A DNA stretch of 64,000 nt from an uncultured delta proteobacterium. GTDB lineage: Bacteria; Myxococcota; Myxococcia; Myxococcales; Myxococcaceae. Every line of letters starts with the position of its first letter. The first letter of the stretch is position 1. The notes under the pieces were generated by a model that ran no database searches, was not told where the DNA came from, and was given only the letters and a program-made list of their open reading frames with translations. The translations under genes were made by a program, and so were the position numbers. This document shows positions 1 through 9,842 of the stretch, piece after piece. Location: NCBI GenBank assembly GCA_963776345.1, contig CAVZMH010000024.1, positions 64,001 to 128,000 on the forward strand. Direction: 5' to 3'.

Positions 1-453
1 AAGCAGAGCATCGACGACGACCAGAGCCAGACCGGCCAGTACCTCGCCGAGTGGCTGGGCTGGAGCCAGGCCACCTTCGCCTCCAAGGTCGAGTCGCTGG
101 AGAGCGACGCGGAGAAGGCCAAGACGCCCGCCATCCAGGTCGGCCCGGACGGCAAGAGCGCGCAGGTGGTCCGCGAGGTGGACAACGGCCTGACCACCGT
201 CTCGGTCAAGCTCCCGGCGGTGGTGACCACCGACCTCCGGCTCAACCTCCCGCGCTACGCCTCGCTCCCCGGCATCATGAAGGCCAAGAGCAAGCCCATC
301 GAGGAGCTGACCCCGGCCACGCTCGGCGTCGACACCACGCCGCAGGTCGAGGTGCTGAAGCTCTCCGCCCCCCCGCCGCGCAAGGCCGGCATCAAGGTCG
401 GCGACGTGCAGGAGCTGTTCACCAAGCTGAAGAACGAAGCCAAGGTCATCTGA
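1..453 (+). CDS. etfB: Electron transfer flavoprotein beta subunit (5'-truncated by window edge)
   Basis: Frame 1 reads [26 protein letters not shown]...VREVDNGL...[26 protein letters not shown], typical ETF-beta; directly upstream of etfA. Confidence 0.95.
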   Translation, partial: KQSIDDDQSQTGQYLAEWLGWSQATFASKVESLESDAEKAKTPAIQVGPDGKSAQVVREVDNGLTTVSVKLPAVVTTDLRLNLPRYASLPGIMKAKSKPIEELTPATLGVDTTPQVEVLKLSAPPPRKAGIKVGDVQELFTKLKNEAKVI

Positions 454-468
454 GGGGAACTGAGAGCC

Positions 469-1440
469 ATGTCCACCGTCCTCATCGTCGCCGAGGCCCA
501 GCCCGACGGGCACCTGCGCAAGGCCACCCTCAACGCCATCGCCGCGGGGAAGGACCTGGCGCAGAAGACCGGCGCGCCGCTCCATCTCGCCGTCCTGGCG
601 CAGGACCCGGGCGGACTCGCCGAGCAGCTGAAGCCCTACGGCGCGGCCGTCATCCACACCGTCGCCTCCCCCGCCTTCGCCCACTACGTCGCCGAGTCCT
701 TCGCCCCGGCGGTGGCGGCCCTGGCGACCTCCATCGGAGCGAACTTCGTTGGCGCCGCCGCCACCGCGCAGGGGCGTGACCTCCTGCCCCGCGTCGCCGC
801 GCGCCTGAAGGCCGCCATGGCCTCCGAGGTGCTCACCTTCTCCGGCTCGGGCGCCGACATCACGTTCACCCGGCCGATGTGGGCCGGGAGCGTCATCGCC
901 GAGGTGAAGCTGAAGACGCCGGTGAAGGTCTTCACCCTGCGCGCCACCGAGTTCTCCGCCGCCGAGCCCGCCGGCGCCGCCGCCGAGGTGAAGGCCTTCC
1001 CGCCTCCCGCCGAGGTGTCGACCGCGCCCACCCAGTTCGTCGCCTTCAACGAGGTGAAGAGCGCCCGGCCCGAGCTGACCGAGGCCAGCATCGTGGTCTC
1101 CGGCGGCCGCGGCACGAAGGGCGACTTCAAGGAGATCGAGGCCCTCGCCGACGAGCTCGGGGCCGCCGTGGGCGCCTCCCGCGCGGTGTGCGACGCCGGC
1201 TGGGTGCCCAACGACTACCAGGTGGGCCAGACCGGCAAGGTGGTGGCGCCGAAGCTGTACATCGCCGCGGGCATCTCGGGCGCCATCCAGCACCTGGCCG
1301 GGATGAAGGGGAGCAAGACCATCGTGGCCATCAACAAGGACCCCGAGGCGCCCATCTTCCAGGTCGCCGACTACGGGATCGTGGCCGACCTCTTCAAGGT
1401 CCTGCCCGAGCTCCGTGCGGCCATCCACGCGGCGAAGTGA
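469..1440 (+). CDS. etfA: Electron transfer flavoprotein alpha subunit
   Basis: FAD-binding motifs [53 protein letters not shown]. Confidence 0.97.
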   Translation: MSTVLIVAEAQPDGHLRKATLNAIAAGKDLAQKTGAPLHLAVLAQDPGGLAEQLKPYGAAVIHTVASPAFAHYVAESFAPAVAALATSIGANFVGAAATAQGRDLLPRVAARLKAAMASEVLTFSGSGADITFTRPMWAGSVIAEVKLKTPVKVFTLRATEFSAAEPAGAAAEVKAFPPPAEVSTAPTQFVAFNEVKSARPELTEASIVVSGGRGTKGDFKEIEALADELGAAVGASRAVCDAGWVPNDYQVGQTGKVVAPKLYIAAGISGAIQHLAGMKGSKTIVAINKDPEAPIFQVADYGIVADLFKVLPELRAAIHAAK

Positions 1441-2456
1441 CCACGCCGCACGCCATCCCGGACGGTGACGCGGTCCTCCGCGCCCTCGGCATCCACCGCC
1501 TGGCGATGCCGGTCCCGTTCCCCGACGCGGGCGGGCCGGTGAACGCCTACGCCATCGAGGACGGCCGGGGCGGCGTGGCGTTCTTCGACACCGGCATCGG
1601 CACACCCGAGGGCGTCGACGCGCTGCGGGCCGGCGCGGCCGCGGCCGGTCTCGACCTCCGGCGCTGCACGCACGTCCTGGTCAGCCACGGCCACGTCGAC
1701 CACTTCGGCAACGCCCAGCTCCTCTCCGAGCTGAGCGGCGCGCCGGTGCGGATCCACCCCGGCGACACCGACAAGGTGGTCGGCGAGAGCGTCTGGGAGA
1801 CCCAGGCGCCGGCCTACGTCGCCTTCCTGGGCCGGCAGGGCGTGCCCGAGGACCAGCTCCCCCGGCTCGTGGCCATGGGGCGCCACAGCGGGAAGTTCAG
1901 CCGCCGGGTCGAGCCGGAGCGGGCGCGGCCGCTGGTGGAGGGCGAGCGCTTCCAGGTGGGCAAGGTCCGTCTCGAGGTGCTCCACCTCCCGGGCCACACG
2001 CCGGGGCTGGTCTGCCTGTGGGATGCCGAGCACCGGCTGCTCTTCGCCGACGACCACCTCCTCGCCCGCACGTCGCCGAACCCGTTCCTCGAGCTCGCCG
2101 ATGCCCGGACCACCCGGCGCGCGCTGGTGCAGTACGTCCACAGCATCACCCGGGTCCGCGCGCTCGACGTGGAGTGGGTGCTGCCGGGTCACGGCGCCCC
2201 CTTCCAGGGACACCGCGCGGCCATCGACTCGCTGCTCCGCTTCTACGAGCGCCGCCAGGACAAGCTCCTCGCTGCGCTCGACGCCGGGCCGCGCACGCCG
2301 GTGGAGCTCTCGGAGACGCTGTTCGGGCCGCAGGAGGGTGCGCGGCTCTACCTCACCCTCTCCGAGGTGGTGGGGAACCTCGAGGTGCTCGAGGACGCCT
2401 CCCGCGTCCGCCGGCTCGACGACGGCCCGGTGGACCGCTGGGCGCTGGCCGCCTGA
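1437..2456 (+). CDS. MBL-fold metallo-hydrolase with C-terminal winged-helix-like region
   Basis: GTG start overlapping the etfA stop (GTGA); SHGHVDHFG, PGHTPG, FADDH and LPGHG motifs. Confidence 0.9.
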   Translation: MTTPHAIPDGDAVLRALGIHRLAMPVPFPDAGGPVNAYAIEDGRGGVAFFDTGIGTPEGVDALRAGAAAAGLDLRRCTHVLVSHGHVDHFGNAQLLSELSGAPVRIHPGDTDKVVGESVWETQAPAYVAFLGRQGVPEDQLPRLVAMGRHSGKFSRRVEPERARPLVEGERFQVGKVRLEVLHLPGHTPGLVCLWDAEHRLLFADDHLLARTSPNPFLELADARTTRRALVQYVHSITRVRALDVEWVLPGHGAPFQGHRAAIDSLLRFYERRQDKLLAALDAGPRTPVELSETLFGPQEGARLYLTLSEVVGNLEVLEDASRVRRLDDGPVDRWALAA

Positions 2457-2466
2457 GCCGGCCGGT

Positions 2467-3534
2467 TCAGCCCGCGCCGTGGCAGGCCTGGGTCATCTCC
2501 TCGGGGCCGGCGTAGCGCGGGAGCGGCGCACCCTCTCCCCCGGGCGGCAGGCGCTTGGCCCCCGAGGCCTTCTCGATCTCCCCCACCAGCCGCCAGTAGG
2601 CCTCCTTCGGCGGGACTCCCGGGTAGAGCCGGTCGAGTCCGAGGTCGCCCAGGCTGGCGCGGAGCACGGTGGCGCCCGTCTCTCCCTCGGCCCAGGCGAC
2701 GACCAGATCGGTGAGCACGGTGCTGCGGCCGTCGGCGGCGGGCACGACGCCCAGCGCGAGGCCGAGGATCTTCCGGAACGGGAGCGGGCGGGTGCCGTTG
2801 CGGTTCACCACCAGCAGCGCCCCGTCCGCGACGCCCTCGACCCGCACCGGCACGATGCGCGGGGGGGGCCGGGGCGCCGGCGGCGCCTCGTCGTGCAGGG
2901 ACGGGCGGAGCTCGAACTCGAGGCGCGTGTCCTCCGGCGGAAGCTCGATGCTCCGCGGCTCCTCGGGGAGGAACTTCTTGAGGAGCACCGTGACCCGGCG
3001 CTGCAGCTCGGGCTCGCTGGCGGTCAGGTTCGCCGCGGCCGAGAGGGCCGGGACCTTGGGCTCTGGGTCGAGCTCGAGCGAGCGGACCCGCGCCTTGAGA
3101 CCGACCAGCCCGTCCGCGGCCGCAGCCACCTCGTAGTACGGGCGCGCGCCCTGCCGATCGCCCTCGGCGTCCAGCCGCTGCGCCACCCGCCAGGCGATGG
3201 TCGGCCGCAGCACGCGCGCCTCCGCCGCCGGACCGAGCTCCTCGAGCGTCACCCGGAGGAGCTCGGTGGTCCCGCCGATCGCCTGCGCCAGGACCTGCTC
3301 CACCAGTGCTCCCGAGCCGGGGTCCGCGAGCAGGAACCCGGCACGTGCCAGGCCGGCCTTGGCGTCGAGTTGGTCCGGGCGCTCGGCCAGCACCCGCGAG
3401 AACGCCTCCCGCGCGGCGGCCGCGTCGTCCTTCGAGAGCGCCTCCTTGCCCACGAAGTACTCGGAGTGCTGCGACCACTCCACGCCGCGCTCCGCCGCGG
3501 GCGGGACAATCGTCTTGAGAAAGTTCCGAAGCAA
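2467..3534 (-). CDS. Hypothetical protein with TPR-like N-terminal helices
   Basis: Protein-like part of ORF 2467..4053 begins about LLRNFLKTIVP (TTG at 3534); start uncertain. Confidence 0.65.
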   Translation of the reverse strand: MLRNFLKTIVPPAAERGVEWSQHSEYFVGKEALSKDDAAAAREAFSRVLAERPDQLDAKAGLARAGFLLADPGSGALVEQVLAQAIGGTTELLRVTLEELGPAAEARVLRPTIAWRVAQRLDAEGDRQGARPYYEVAAAADGLVGLKARVRSLELDPEPKVPALSAAANLTASEPELQRRVTVLLKKFLPEEPRSIELPPEDTRLEFELRPSLHDEAPPAPRPPPRIVPVRVEGVADGALLVVNRNGTRPLPFRKILGLALGVVPAADGRSTVLTDLVVAWAEGETGATVLRASLGDLGLDRLYPGVPPKEAYWRLVGEIEKASGAKRLPPGGEGAPLPRYAGPEEMTQACHGAG

Positions 3535-3626
3535 TCGCGACCCCCGTCCCGTTTTAGTTGAACACCCCCTTCGCGGCGACCGGTTCGTCGAGACACTGGG
3601 GCGGGTGGAGGCTGACCCGGGCACCT

Positions 3627-4211
3627 TCAGCCGTGGCCGCGTGTGCCCGCGGGCTCTTCGCTCTCGCGTCGAACGGCGGGGAGCAGCACCCGCCGGATGA
3701 GAAGGATGCCCGGGCTGAATATCCACCAGTAGCGGCGGAAGCGCCGCCGCGCCTCCTCGTCCGTCGCCTCCACGCGCGTCTCGGTGCGGAAGAGCGAGCC
3801 GCCCGGTCGCAGCGGGTCCGGCTCGGCCTCGAGCGTCCAGACGATCTTCACCTGCCCCGGCTCGGCGAAGGCGAGGAAGCGCTCCGGCGGCACCGGCACG
3901 AACCGCACCTCTGCCTCCCAGGGCCGGGTCACCGCGCCCACCACCCGCTGCCGGCCCGGCTCGACGGCCAGGGTTTCCCAGCCGATGGCGGTCATCTCCT
4001 CGAGCAGCCCCCGGCGGGAGCGCGGTGCCGCGGACCGGGCGCCCAGCAGCCACGCGCGGACGCGGAAGAGGACGCGGACCAGGGTGAGCGACTCGAGGTC
4101 GAAGGACTCGGCCACCTCGAGGACCCGTTCCGGCGTGGCCGCGATGCGGATCTCGTGCACCTTCCGAACGTCCGCCACGGGCATGAAGCGGTCGATGAGC
4201 CGTTCTCCCAT
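3627..4211 (-). CDS. Conserved hypothetical protein (DUF2867-like)
   Basis: MGERLIDRFMPVADVRKVHEIRIAA...FRTETRVEATDEEARRRFRRYWWIFSPGILLIRR; C-terminal part of ORF 3627..6008 with its own ATG. Confidence 0.75.
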   Translation of the reverse strand: MGERLIDRFMPVADVRKVHEIRIAATPERVLEVAESFDLESLTLVRVLFRVRAWLLGARSAAPRSRRGLLEEMTAIGWETLAVEPGRQRVVGAVTRPWEAEVRFVPVPPERFLAFAEPGQVKIVWTLEAEPDPLRPGGSLFRTETRVEATDEEARRRFRRYWWIFSPGILLIRRVLLPAVRRESEEPAGTRGHG

Positions 4212-4231
4212 CCCGGTCTCCGGGCGTCCGC

Positions 4232-5858
4232 TCAGCGCTTCTCGCGGAGGTCCACCCGGCGGATCTTCCCGCTCACCGTCTTGGGCAGCTCGGAGACGAA
4301 GGAGATCTCTCGCGGGTACTTGTACGGTGCGGTGGTCCGCTTCACGTGGTTCTGGATCTCGATGGCCAGCGTGTCCGAGGGGACCACGCTGGGCTTGAGG
4401 ACCACGAAGGCCTTGATGCGTTGCCCGAGCTTCTCGTCGGGCACGCCCACCACCGCCGACTCGGCGACCGCCGGGTGCTCCAGGAGGGCCGACTCGACCT
4501 CGAAGGGGCCCACCCGGTACCCGGAGGTCTTGATGACGTCGTCCGAGCGTCCGACGAACCAGAGGTAGCCGTCCTCGTCCCGCACCGCGCGGTCGCCGGT
4601 GACGTAGAAGTCGCCACGGAACGCGGCGGCGTTGGTGGCCTCGTCGCCCAGGTACCCGGCGAACATCCCCACCGGGCGCCGGGGCTTGACCCGGACGGCG
4701 ATGTCGCCCTCCTGGCCCGCCGGCACCTCGCTTCCCATTGTGGTCGATGATCCGCACGTCGAAGCCCGGTGACGGCTTCCCCATCGACCCGGGCTTGAAG
4801 GGGAGGCACTGGAACATGCCGACCACGGCCACGGTCTCGGTCTGGCCGTAGCCCTCGCGGATGGTGAGCCCGGTGGCGCGCTTCCAGGCGTCGATGACCT
4901 CGGGATTCAGCGGCTCACCGGCGCTCACCACGTGCCGGAGCGCGGGGAAGGTCCACTTCTTGAGATCTTCGAGCACGATGGCCCGCCAGGCGGTGGGCGG
5001 GGCACAGAAGGTCGTCACCTTCTCCCGGGCCAGGAGGTCCAGGATGGCGCGGCCCTCGAAGCGGCCGCGGAAGTCGTAGACCACGGAGCACGCGCCCTGG
5101 CTCCACGGGCCGAACACCTTGCCCCAGGCGCACTTGGCCCAGCCGGTGTCCGAGAGGGTGAAGTGGACGTCGTCCGGCCCGAGGTCCAGCCAGTACTTGC
5201 CGGTGATGGCGTGCCCGATGCCATAGCTGGCGTGGGTCTGGGGCACCATCTTGGGCATCCCGGTGGTGCCGCTGGTGAAGTACACCAGCATCCGGTCGTC
5301 GGCGGCGGTGTCGGGGAACTCGGCGGCGCGGGCCCCGTCCACCGTCTGGGTGCGGAAGCGGACCCAGGGCACCGGGGCCTCGTCGGTGCAGACCCAGGCG
5401 ATGACGTCGGAGTGCGCGCCGACCTCGAACTTGGGCAGGTGCTCGGGGGTGGTGACCACGGCCCGGGCCCGCCCCAGCTCCAGCCGGTACTTCACGTCCT
5501 TCCCGGTGAGCATGGTGGTGCCGGGCATGAGCACCAGATTCGCCCGCATGCAGCCGAGGGCCAGGATCCACCACTCGGCCAGCCGGGGCAGCATGGTGAA
5601 GACGCCGTCGCCCGGCCGCAGCCCCAGGTCGCGGAGGAAGAGCGCGGCGTGCACCGACCGCTCCGCCAGCTCGCGCCAGCTGAAGACCTTCCGGTTGCCC
5701 CGGTCGTCGCAGTGGAGCATCGCCGGGGCGTCCGGCCGCTCGCTGGCCCAGCGGTCCACCACGTCGATGGCGAAGTTGAAGCGCTCGGGCCGGTCCCACC
5801 TGAAGGCGGCGACCTCCGCCTCGTAGTCGCTCATGTTCCGCGGCAGACGCTCACCCAT
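4232..5858 (-). CDS. Medium-chain acyl-CoA synthetase (AMP-binding), one apparent frameshift near 4735
   Basis: YFTSGTTGMPK, SAGEPLNP and EGYGQTET in one frame; FYVTGDRA, GRSDDVIKTSGYRVGPFEVES and LPKTVSGKIRR in ORF 4232..4738. Confidence 0.92.
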
Positions 5859-5937
5859 GGCCACGCACCTCCGGTCGATCCGACCTTTAGCAGCTTGATC
5901 CAGGGATGGGGACCGGCGAGAAGCACCCCCTCCGCCC

Positions 5938-7047
5938 GTGACTGCCACCTCCGAGCGTCCCCGCCCGAGCGGCGCGGACATCGTCTTCCTGGTCCTGCTG
6001 GTGTTCATGCCGGCCGCGGTGGTGGCCGCCTGGCTTCACGCCGGGACCCTGGTCTTCGTCCTGGCGGCCCTGGCACTGGTTCCCCTGGCGCGGTGGATCG
6101 GCACGGCGACGGAGGCGGTGGCGTGCCATCTGGGCCCCGGGCTGGGGGGGCTGCTCAACGCGACCTTCGGCAACGCCGCCGAGCTCATCGTGGGCATCGC
6201 CGCGCTGAAGGCCGGTCAGACGGCGGTGGTGAAGGCCTCCATCACCGGGAGCATCCTCGGGAACCTCCTCTTCGTCTTCGGCGCCACGGTGCTGGTGGCG
6301 GGCCTCAAGGAGCCGCGGCCGAGGTTCAACGCCACCGCCGCGCTCTCCAGCTCGGCGCTCATGTACCTGGCGGTGGTGGGGCTGGTGGTGCCGGACCTGT
6401 TCCACGCCACGCTCGGGGAGCGGGTGACGCACCTGATGCGTCCCCTCTCTCTCCTGGTGTCGATCATCCTGGTCTCGCTGTACGGGCTGAGCCTGCTGTT
6501 CTCGCTCCGGACGCACTCCCAGCTGTTCGAGGGCACGGATCCGCTCGAGCCGGAGCTGGAGTCCGAGACGATGGTCGGGTCCCGTCCCTGGTCGGTGGGG
6601 CTCGGGCTCACGGTGCTGCTCGCCTCCACCGCCGCCACGGTGGTGGTCTCGGAGCTGCTCGTCGGCTCCCTGGACACGGTCATCCAGGGCTGGGGGCTCA
6701 CCCCGACCTTCGTGGGCGTCATCGTCATCGCGGTGGTGGGCAACGCCGCCGAGCACAGCACGGCGGTCCTCATGGCCCTGGAGAGGAAGCTCGAGGTCGG
6801 GCTGACCATCTGCTTCGAGAGCAGCAAGCAGATCGCGCTGCTGGTCGCGCCGCTGCTGCTCTTCCTCTCCGGGCCGCTGGGGCACCCCATCACCCTCGAG
6901 TTCAGCCACCTCGAGGTGCTGTCGCTCGCGCTCGCCGTCGGCGCCACCGCCCTGGTGACGCTCGACGGAGAGACCCACTGGCTCGAGGGGGCGATGCTGA
7001 TCGGCGTCTACGCCATCCTGGCCCTGGTCTTCTTCTTCGTCCCGTGA
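5938..7047 (+). CDS. cax: Calcium/proton exchanger (CaCA family)
   Basis: Alpha-repeats LNATFGNAAELI and VVGNAAEH, ASITGSILGNLL, about 11 hydrophobic segments. Confidence 0.95.
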   Translation: MTATSERPRPSGADIVFLVLLVFMPAAVVAAWLHAGTLVFVLAALALVPLARWIGTATEAVACHLGPGLGGLLNATFGNAAELIVGIAALKAGQTAVVKASITGSILGNLLFVFGATVLVAGLKEPRPRFNATAALSSSALMYLAVVGLVVPDLFHATLGERVTHLMRPLSLLVSIILVSLYGLSLLFSLRTHSQLFEGTDPLEPELESETMVGSRPWSVGLGLTVLLASTAATVVVSELLVGSLDTVIQGWGLTPTFVGVIVIAVVGNAAEHSTAVLMALERKLEVGLTICFESSKQIALLVAPLLLFLSGPLGHPITLEFSHLEVLSLALAVGATALVTLDGETHWLEGAMLIGVYAILALVFFFVP

Positions 7048-7938
7048 ACGGCCGAACGGAGAAGGCAGCGCTGGCCGACGGCGTGCTGGTGGTGGTGACC
7101 GCCATCTGGGGCTCCAGCTTCGTGGTGGTGCAGGACGCGGTGAGGCTCGCCGACCCGTTCACCTTCCTGGCGCTCCGCTTCACCGTCGGCGCGGCGGTGC
7201 TCAGCGTCCGGGACTGGCGGGCGCTCGCGGACCGGCGGCTCCTCGTCACCGGAGCTGGGCTCGGGGCGCTGCTCTTCGTCGGGTTCATCACCCAGACCGC
7301 CGGGTTGCAGTACACGACGCCGTCGCGGAGCGGGTTCCTCACCGGCCTCTCGGTGCTGCTGGTGCCGTTCGTCGGGCTGGTCCTGTTCCGGAAGTGGCCG
7401 AGCCCGCCGGTGCTCCTCGGGGTCACGCTCGCGGTGGCCGGGCTGTGGTTCCTGACCGGCGGCATCTCCGGGAGCGGAGGCGCGACGGCGAAGGGGAGAC
7501 CTCCTCACCATCGCCTGCGCGGTCGTCTTCGCCTTCTACATCGTGCTGCTCGAGCCGGCGGCGAGGGTGCACCGCTCGACGCCGCTGGTGGCCGTCCAGC
7601 TCTGGGTGGTTGCCCTGCTGGCGCTGGTGGCGCTGCCCTTCGTCCCCAGGCACCTCACGGCCTCGCCCGCGCTGTGGTGGGCGGTGGTCTACACCGGCGT
7701 GCTGAGCACGGCCGTCTGCCTGCTGGCTCAGACCTGGGCCCAGGCGCGGACGTCGGCGGTACGGGCGGCGCTCATCTTCGCGCTCGAGCCGGTGTTCGCG
7801 GCCATCTGGTCGGTGGCGCTCGGGCGGGAGCGCCTCGGAAGCCGCGAGCTCGCGGGCGGGACGCTCATCGTGCTGGGCATCGTGGCCGCCGAGCTCGGTG
7901 GGGCGCTGTGGGCCCGGCGCCGGCCGGTCCCCTCGTGA
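7044..7938 (+). CDS. DMT/EamA family transporter, apparent frameshift at the G-run near 7493
   Basis: IWGSSFVVVQ, FLALRF and GLQYTTPSRSGFLTGL in the first frame; QTWAQARTSAVRAALIFALEPVFA in ORF 7543..7938. Confidence 0.9.
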
Positions 7939-8133
7939 CGCTCGGTCGCGGTCGAGGCCGTGGCGAGGTCGAGTTGGCTTGGGCGGGGACTGTCAGCACG
8001 CCGGGGTATGAGTCCAGACGCCGCCGGGCCGCCCTGGCAGACGGCGTTCGACCGATGAGCGACGAGCGTCCGACCTCCTCCCGGGCAGTCGAGCCGGTCT
8101 TCGCGGTTCTTCGTTAGAGTCCGCCCCCACGTC

Positions 8134-9111
8134 ATGCCTGTCGAGCTGCGGCGCGGAGGTCTCCACTTGTCGGGCACGGCGCTCTGGCTGGACGCGCACC
8201 GGAAGGCGCCGCTCGCCTTCGTGAGCCACGCCCACTCGGACCACATCGCCCGGCACGAGCGGGTCATCGCCACCCGGGCGACGCTCCGTCTGATGTCGCA
8301 CCGGCTCGGCGCGCTGCCCTCGTCGCTGCCGGTCCCCTACAACCGCCCGTTCGAGCTGGGGCCGCTGTGCCTCGAGCTGCTGCCGGCGGGGCACATCCTC
8401 GGGTCGGCGCAGCTGCGGGTCATCCGCTCGGATGGGACGCGGGTGACGTACACCGGCGACCTGAACCTCGAGGCGTCGTCGACGGCCGAGGCGGTGCAGG
8501 TGGCCGAGTGCGACACGCTGGTGCTCGAGTCGACGTTCGGGCACCCCAGGTACCGCTTCCCCCCCAAGGCCGAGGTGCTCGGGGCGATCGAGGCGTTCGC
8601 GCGCACGACGCTCGAGCGCGGCGCGACGCCGGTGCTCCTGGGCTACAGCCTCGGAAAGAGCCAGGAGGTCATCCGGGCGCTGACGGCGCGGGGGCACAGC
8701 GTGGTGGCCCACGAGTCGGTCTGCGCGGTGGCCGAGGTGTACCGCTCGCTCGGGGTCGAGGTGGGGGCGGTGCGCCGGTTCGACGGGACGTGGCTCCCGG
8801 GCGAGGTGGGCGTGTTCCCGCCGCACGTGTGGAAGTTCGCAAGGCTGCTCCGGCCGTGGCCCCGGCGGACCGCGGTGCTCACCGGGTGGGCAGTGGACCC
8901 CGGAACGGCGCGGCGGTACGGGGCGGACGAGGCGTTCCCGCTGTCCGACCACGCCGACTTCGAGGGGCTGCTCTCCTACGCGAAGGCGACCGGTGCCTCC
9001 GAGGTCCTCACCCACCACGGATTCGCGGAGGAGCTGGCGAGGGCGCTGCGCGACCGCGGCATCGAGGCCCGGCCGCTCGGGACGGTGCGGCAGCTCGACC
9101 TGTTCGGGTGA
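8134..9111 (+). CDS. MBL/beta-CASP nuclease (ligase-associated DNA-damage exonuclease / SNM1-like)
   Basis: FVSHAHSDH, PAGHILGS, YTGD, LVLESTFGHPRYRFP, YSLGKSQE, PLSDHADF; ends in QLDLFG. Confidence 0.9.
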   Translation: MPVELRRGGLHLSGTALWLDAHRKAPLAFVSHAHSDHIARHERVIATRATLRLMSHRLGALPSSLPVPYNRPFELGPLCLELLPAGHILGSAQLRVIRSDGTRVTYTGDLNLEASSTAEAVQVAECDTLVLESTFGHPRYRFPPKAEVLGAIEAFARTTLERGATPVLLGYSLGKSQEVIRALTARGHSVVAHESVCAVAEVYRSLGVEVGAVRRFDGTWLPGEVGVFPPHVWKFARLLRPWPRRTAVLTGWAVDPGTARRYGADEAFPLSDHADFEGLLSYAKATGASEVLTHHGFAEELARALRDRGIEARPLGTVRQLDLFG

Positions 9112-9278
9112 CCGGAGCGGTCGATCGCCAGGTCCTGAAACCTTCTCGGCTGAGGACGCGGATCCGCGGGACCCATCTTGCCCCTGGGGAAGCGGCCTGC
9201 GCGCTCCCCGGGCGCTCCGAGTATCCGGACGGGTCCAACTCGGGACAAGCCCGAAAAGCACGTTCCGGCGCGACGAGC

Positions 9279-9507
9279 GGGACGTGGAGTTGCACGTCAC
9301 ATCCCCGAACGATCTCTCGCCGGGGTGGGGTGCCCGGAGGAGGGCGCTCTTCTCGAACGTCGAAGCGTCCGTCCGGGGATGCGGAATTGCACGTGGCATC
9401 CGGAAAACGCACTCCACGTCCCCGGCGCGTGAGTTCCTCGGCGAACGCGATGGGTGCGGCGCCCCCTCACCGGACCGAGAGATCGTTTCGGAACGTGGAG
9501 TGCAACT
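9279..9507. repeat. Cluster of nested imperfect inverted and direct repeats in a 730-bp intergenic region
   Basis: 9288-9319 vs 9476-9507 inverted (26/32); 9279-9290 vs 9411-9422 perfect 12-bp inverted; 9300-9307 vs 9374-9381 perfect 8-bp inverted. Confidence 0.8.
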
Positions 9508-9842
9508 TGGCGATCTTTCGTCTCCAGCACGCACGGCTCGCGGAGACCCCGGTCACCTCCAGCCCCTCGCACGCCGAGATCTCCACCCTCGGCTCGAGCG
9601 GGCCGCGCGTCGCGAGGTGCGAGCGCCGCTGGCGCGGTTCGGTCCGCGCCTCCCCTGAGCGCTCGGAGCTCGCGCAGGCCGTTCGTCCTGAGCACGGCCC
9701 CCGACGCCCGGGGAGCCGCCGTCGACCCAGGAGCCCACCCTGCTGCATCCGGAGCCCCGGGCGTGTCGAGTCCGGGCCTCGGCTTCACGCCGATCTCGGC
9801 GCGCCGGGCGCTCCTCCGGCCCAGCCGCGGCGGCACAGCCCC

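Noticed and set aside
8030..8133. LexA box upstream of the beta-CASP nuclease
   Set aside because: Only GTTC half-sites and a TCTTCG direct repeat; no acceptable match to the CTGAAC-N4-GTTCAG-type dyad.
8993..9836. Protein-coding gene in the 9112-9842 gap
   Set aside because: All candidate ORFs are Arg/Pro/Ser-rich, lack third-position GC bias and show no recognisable motif.
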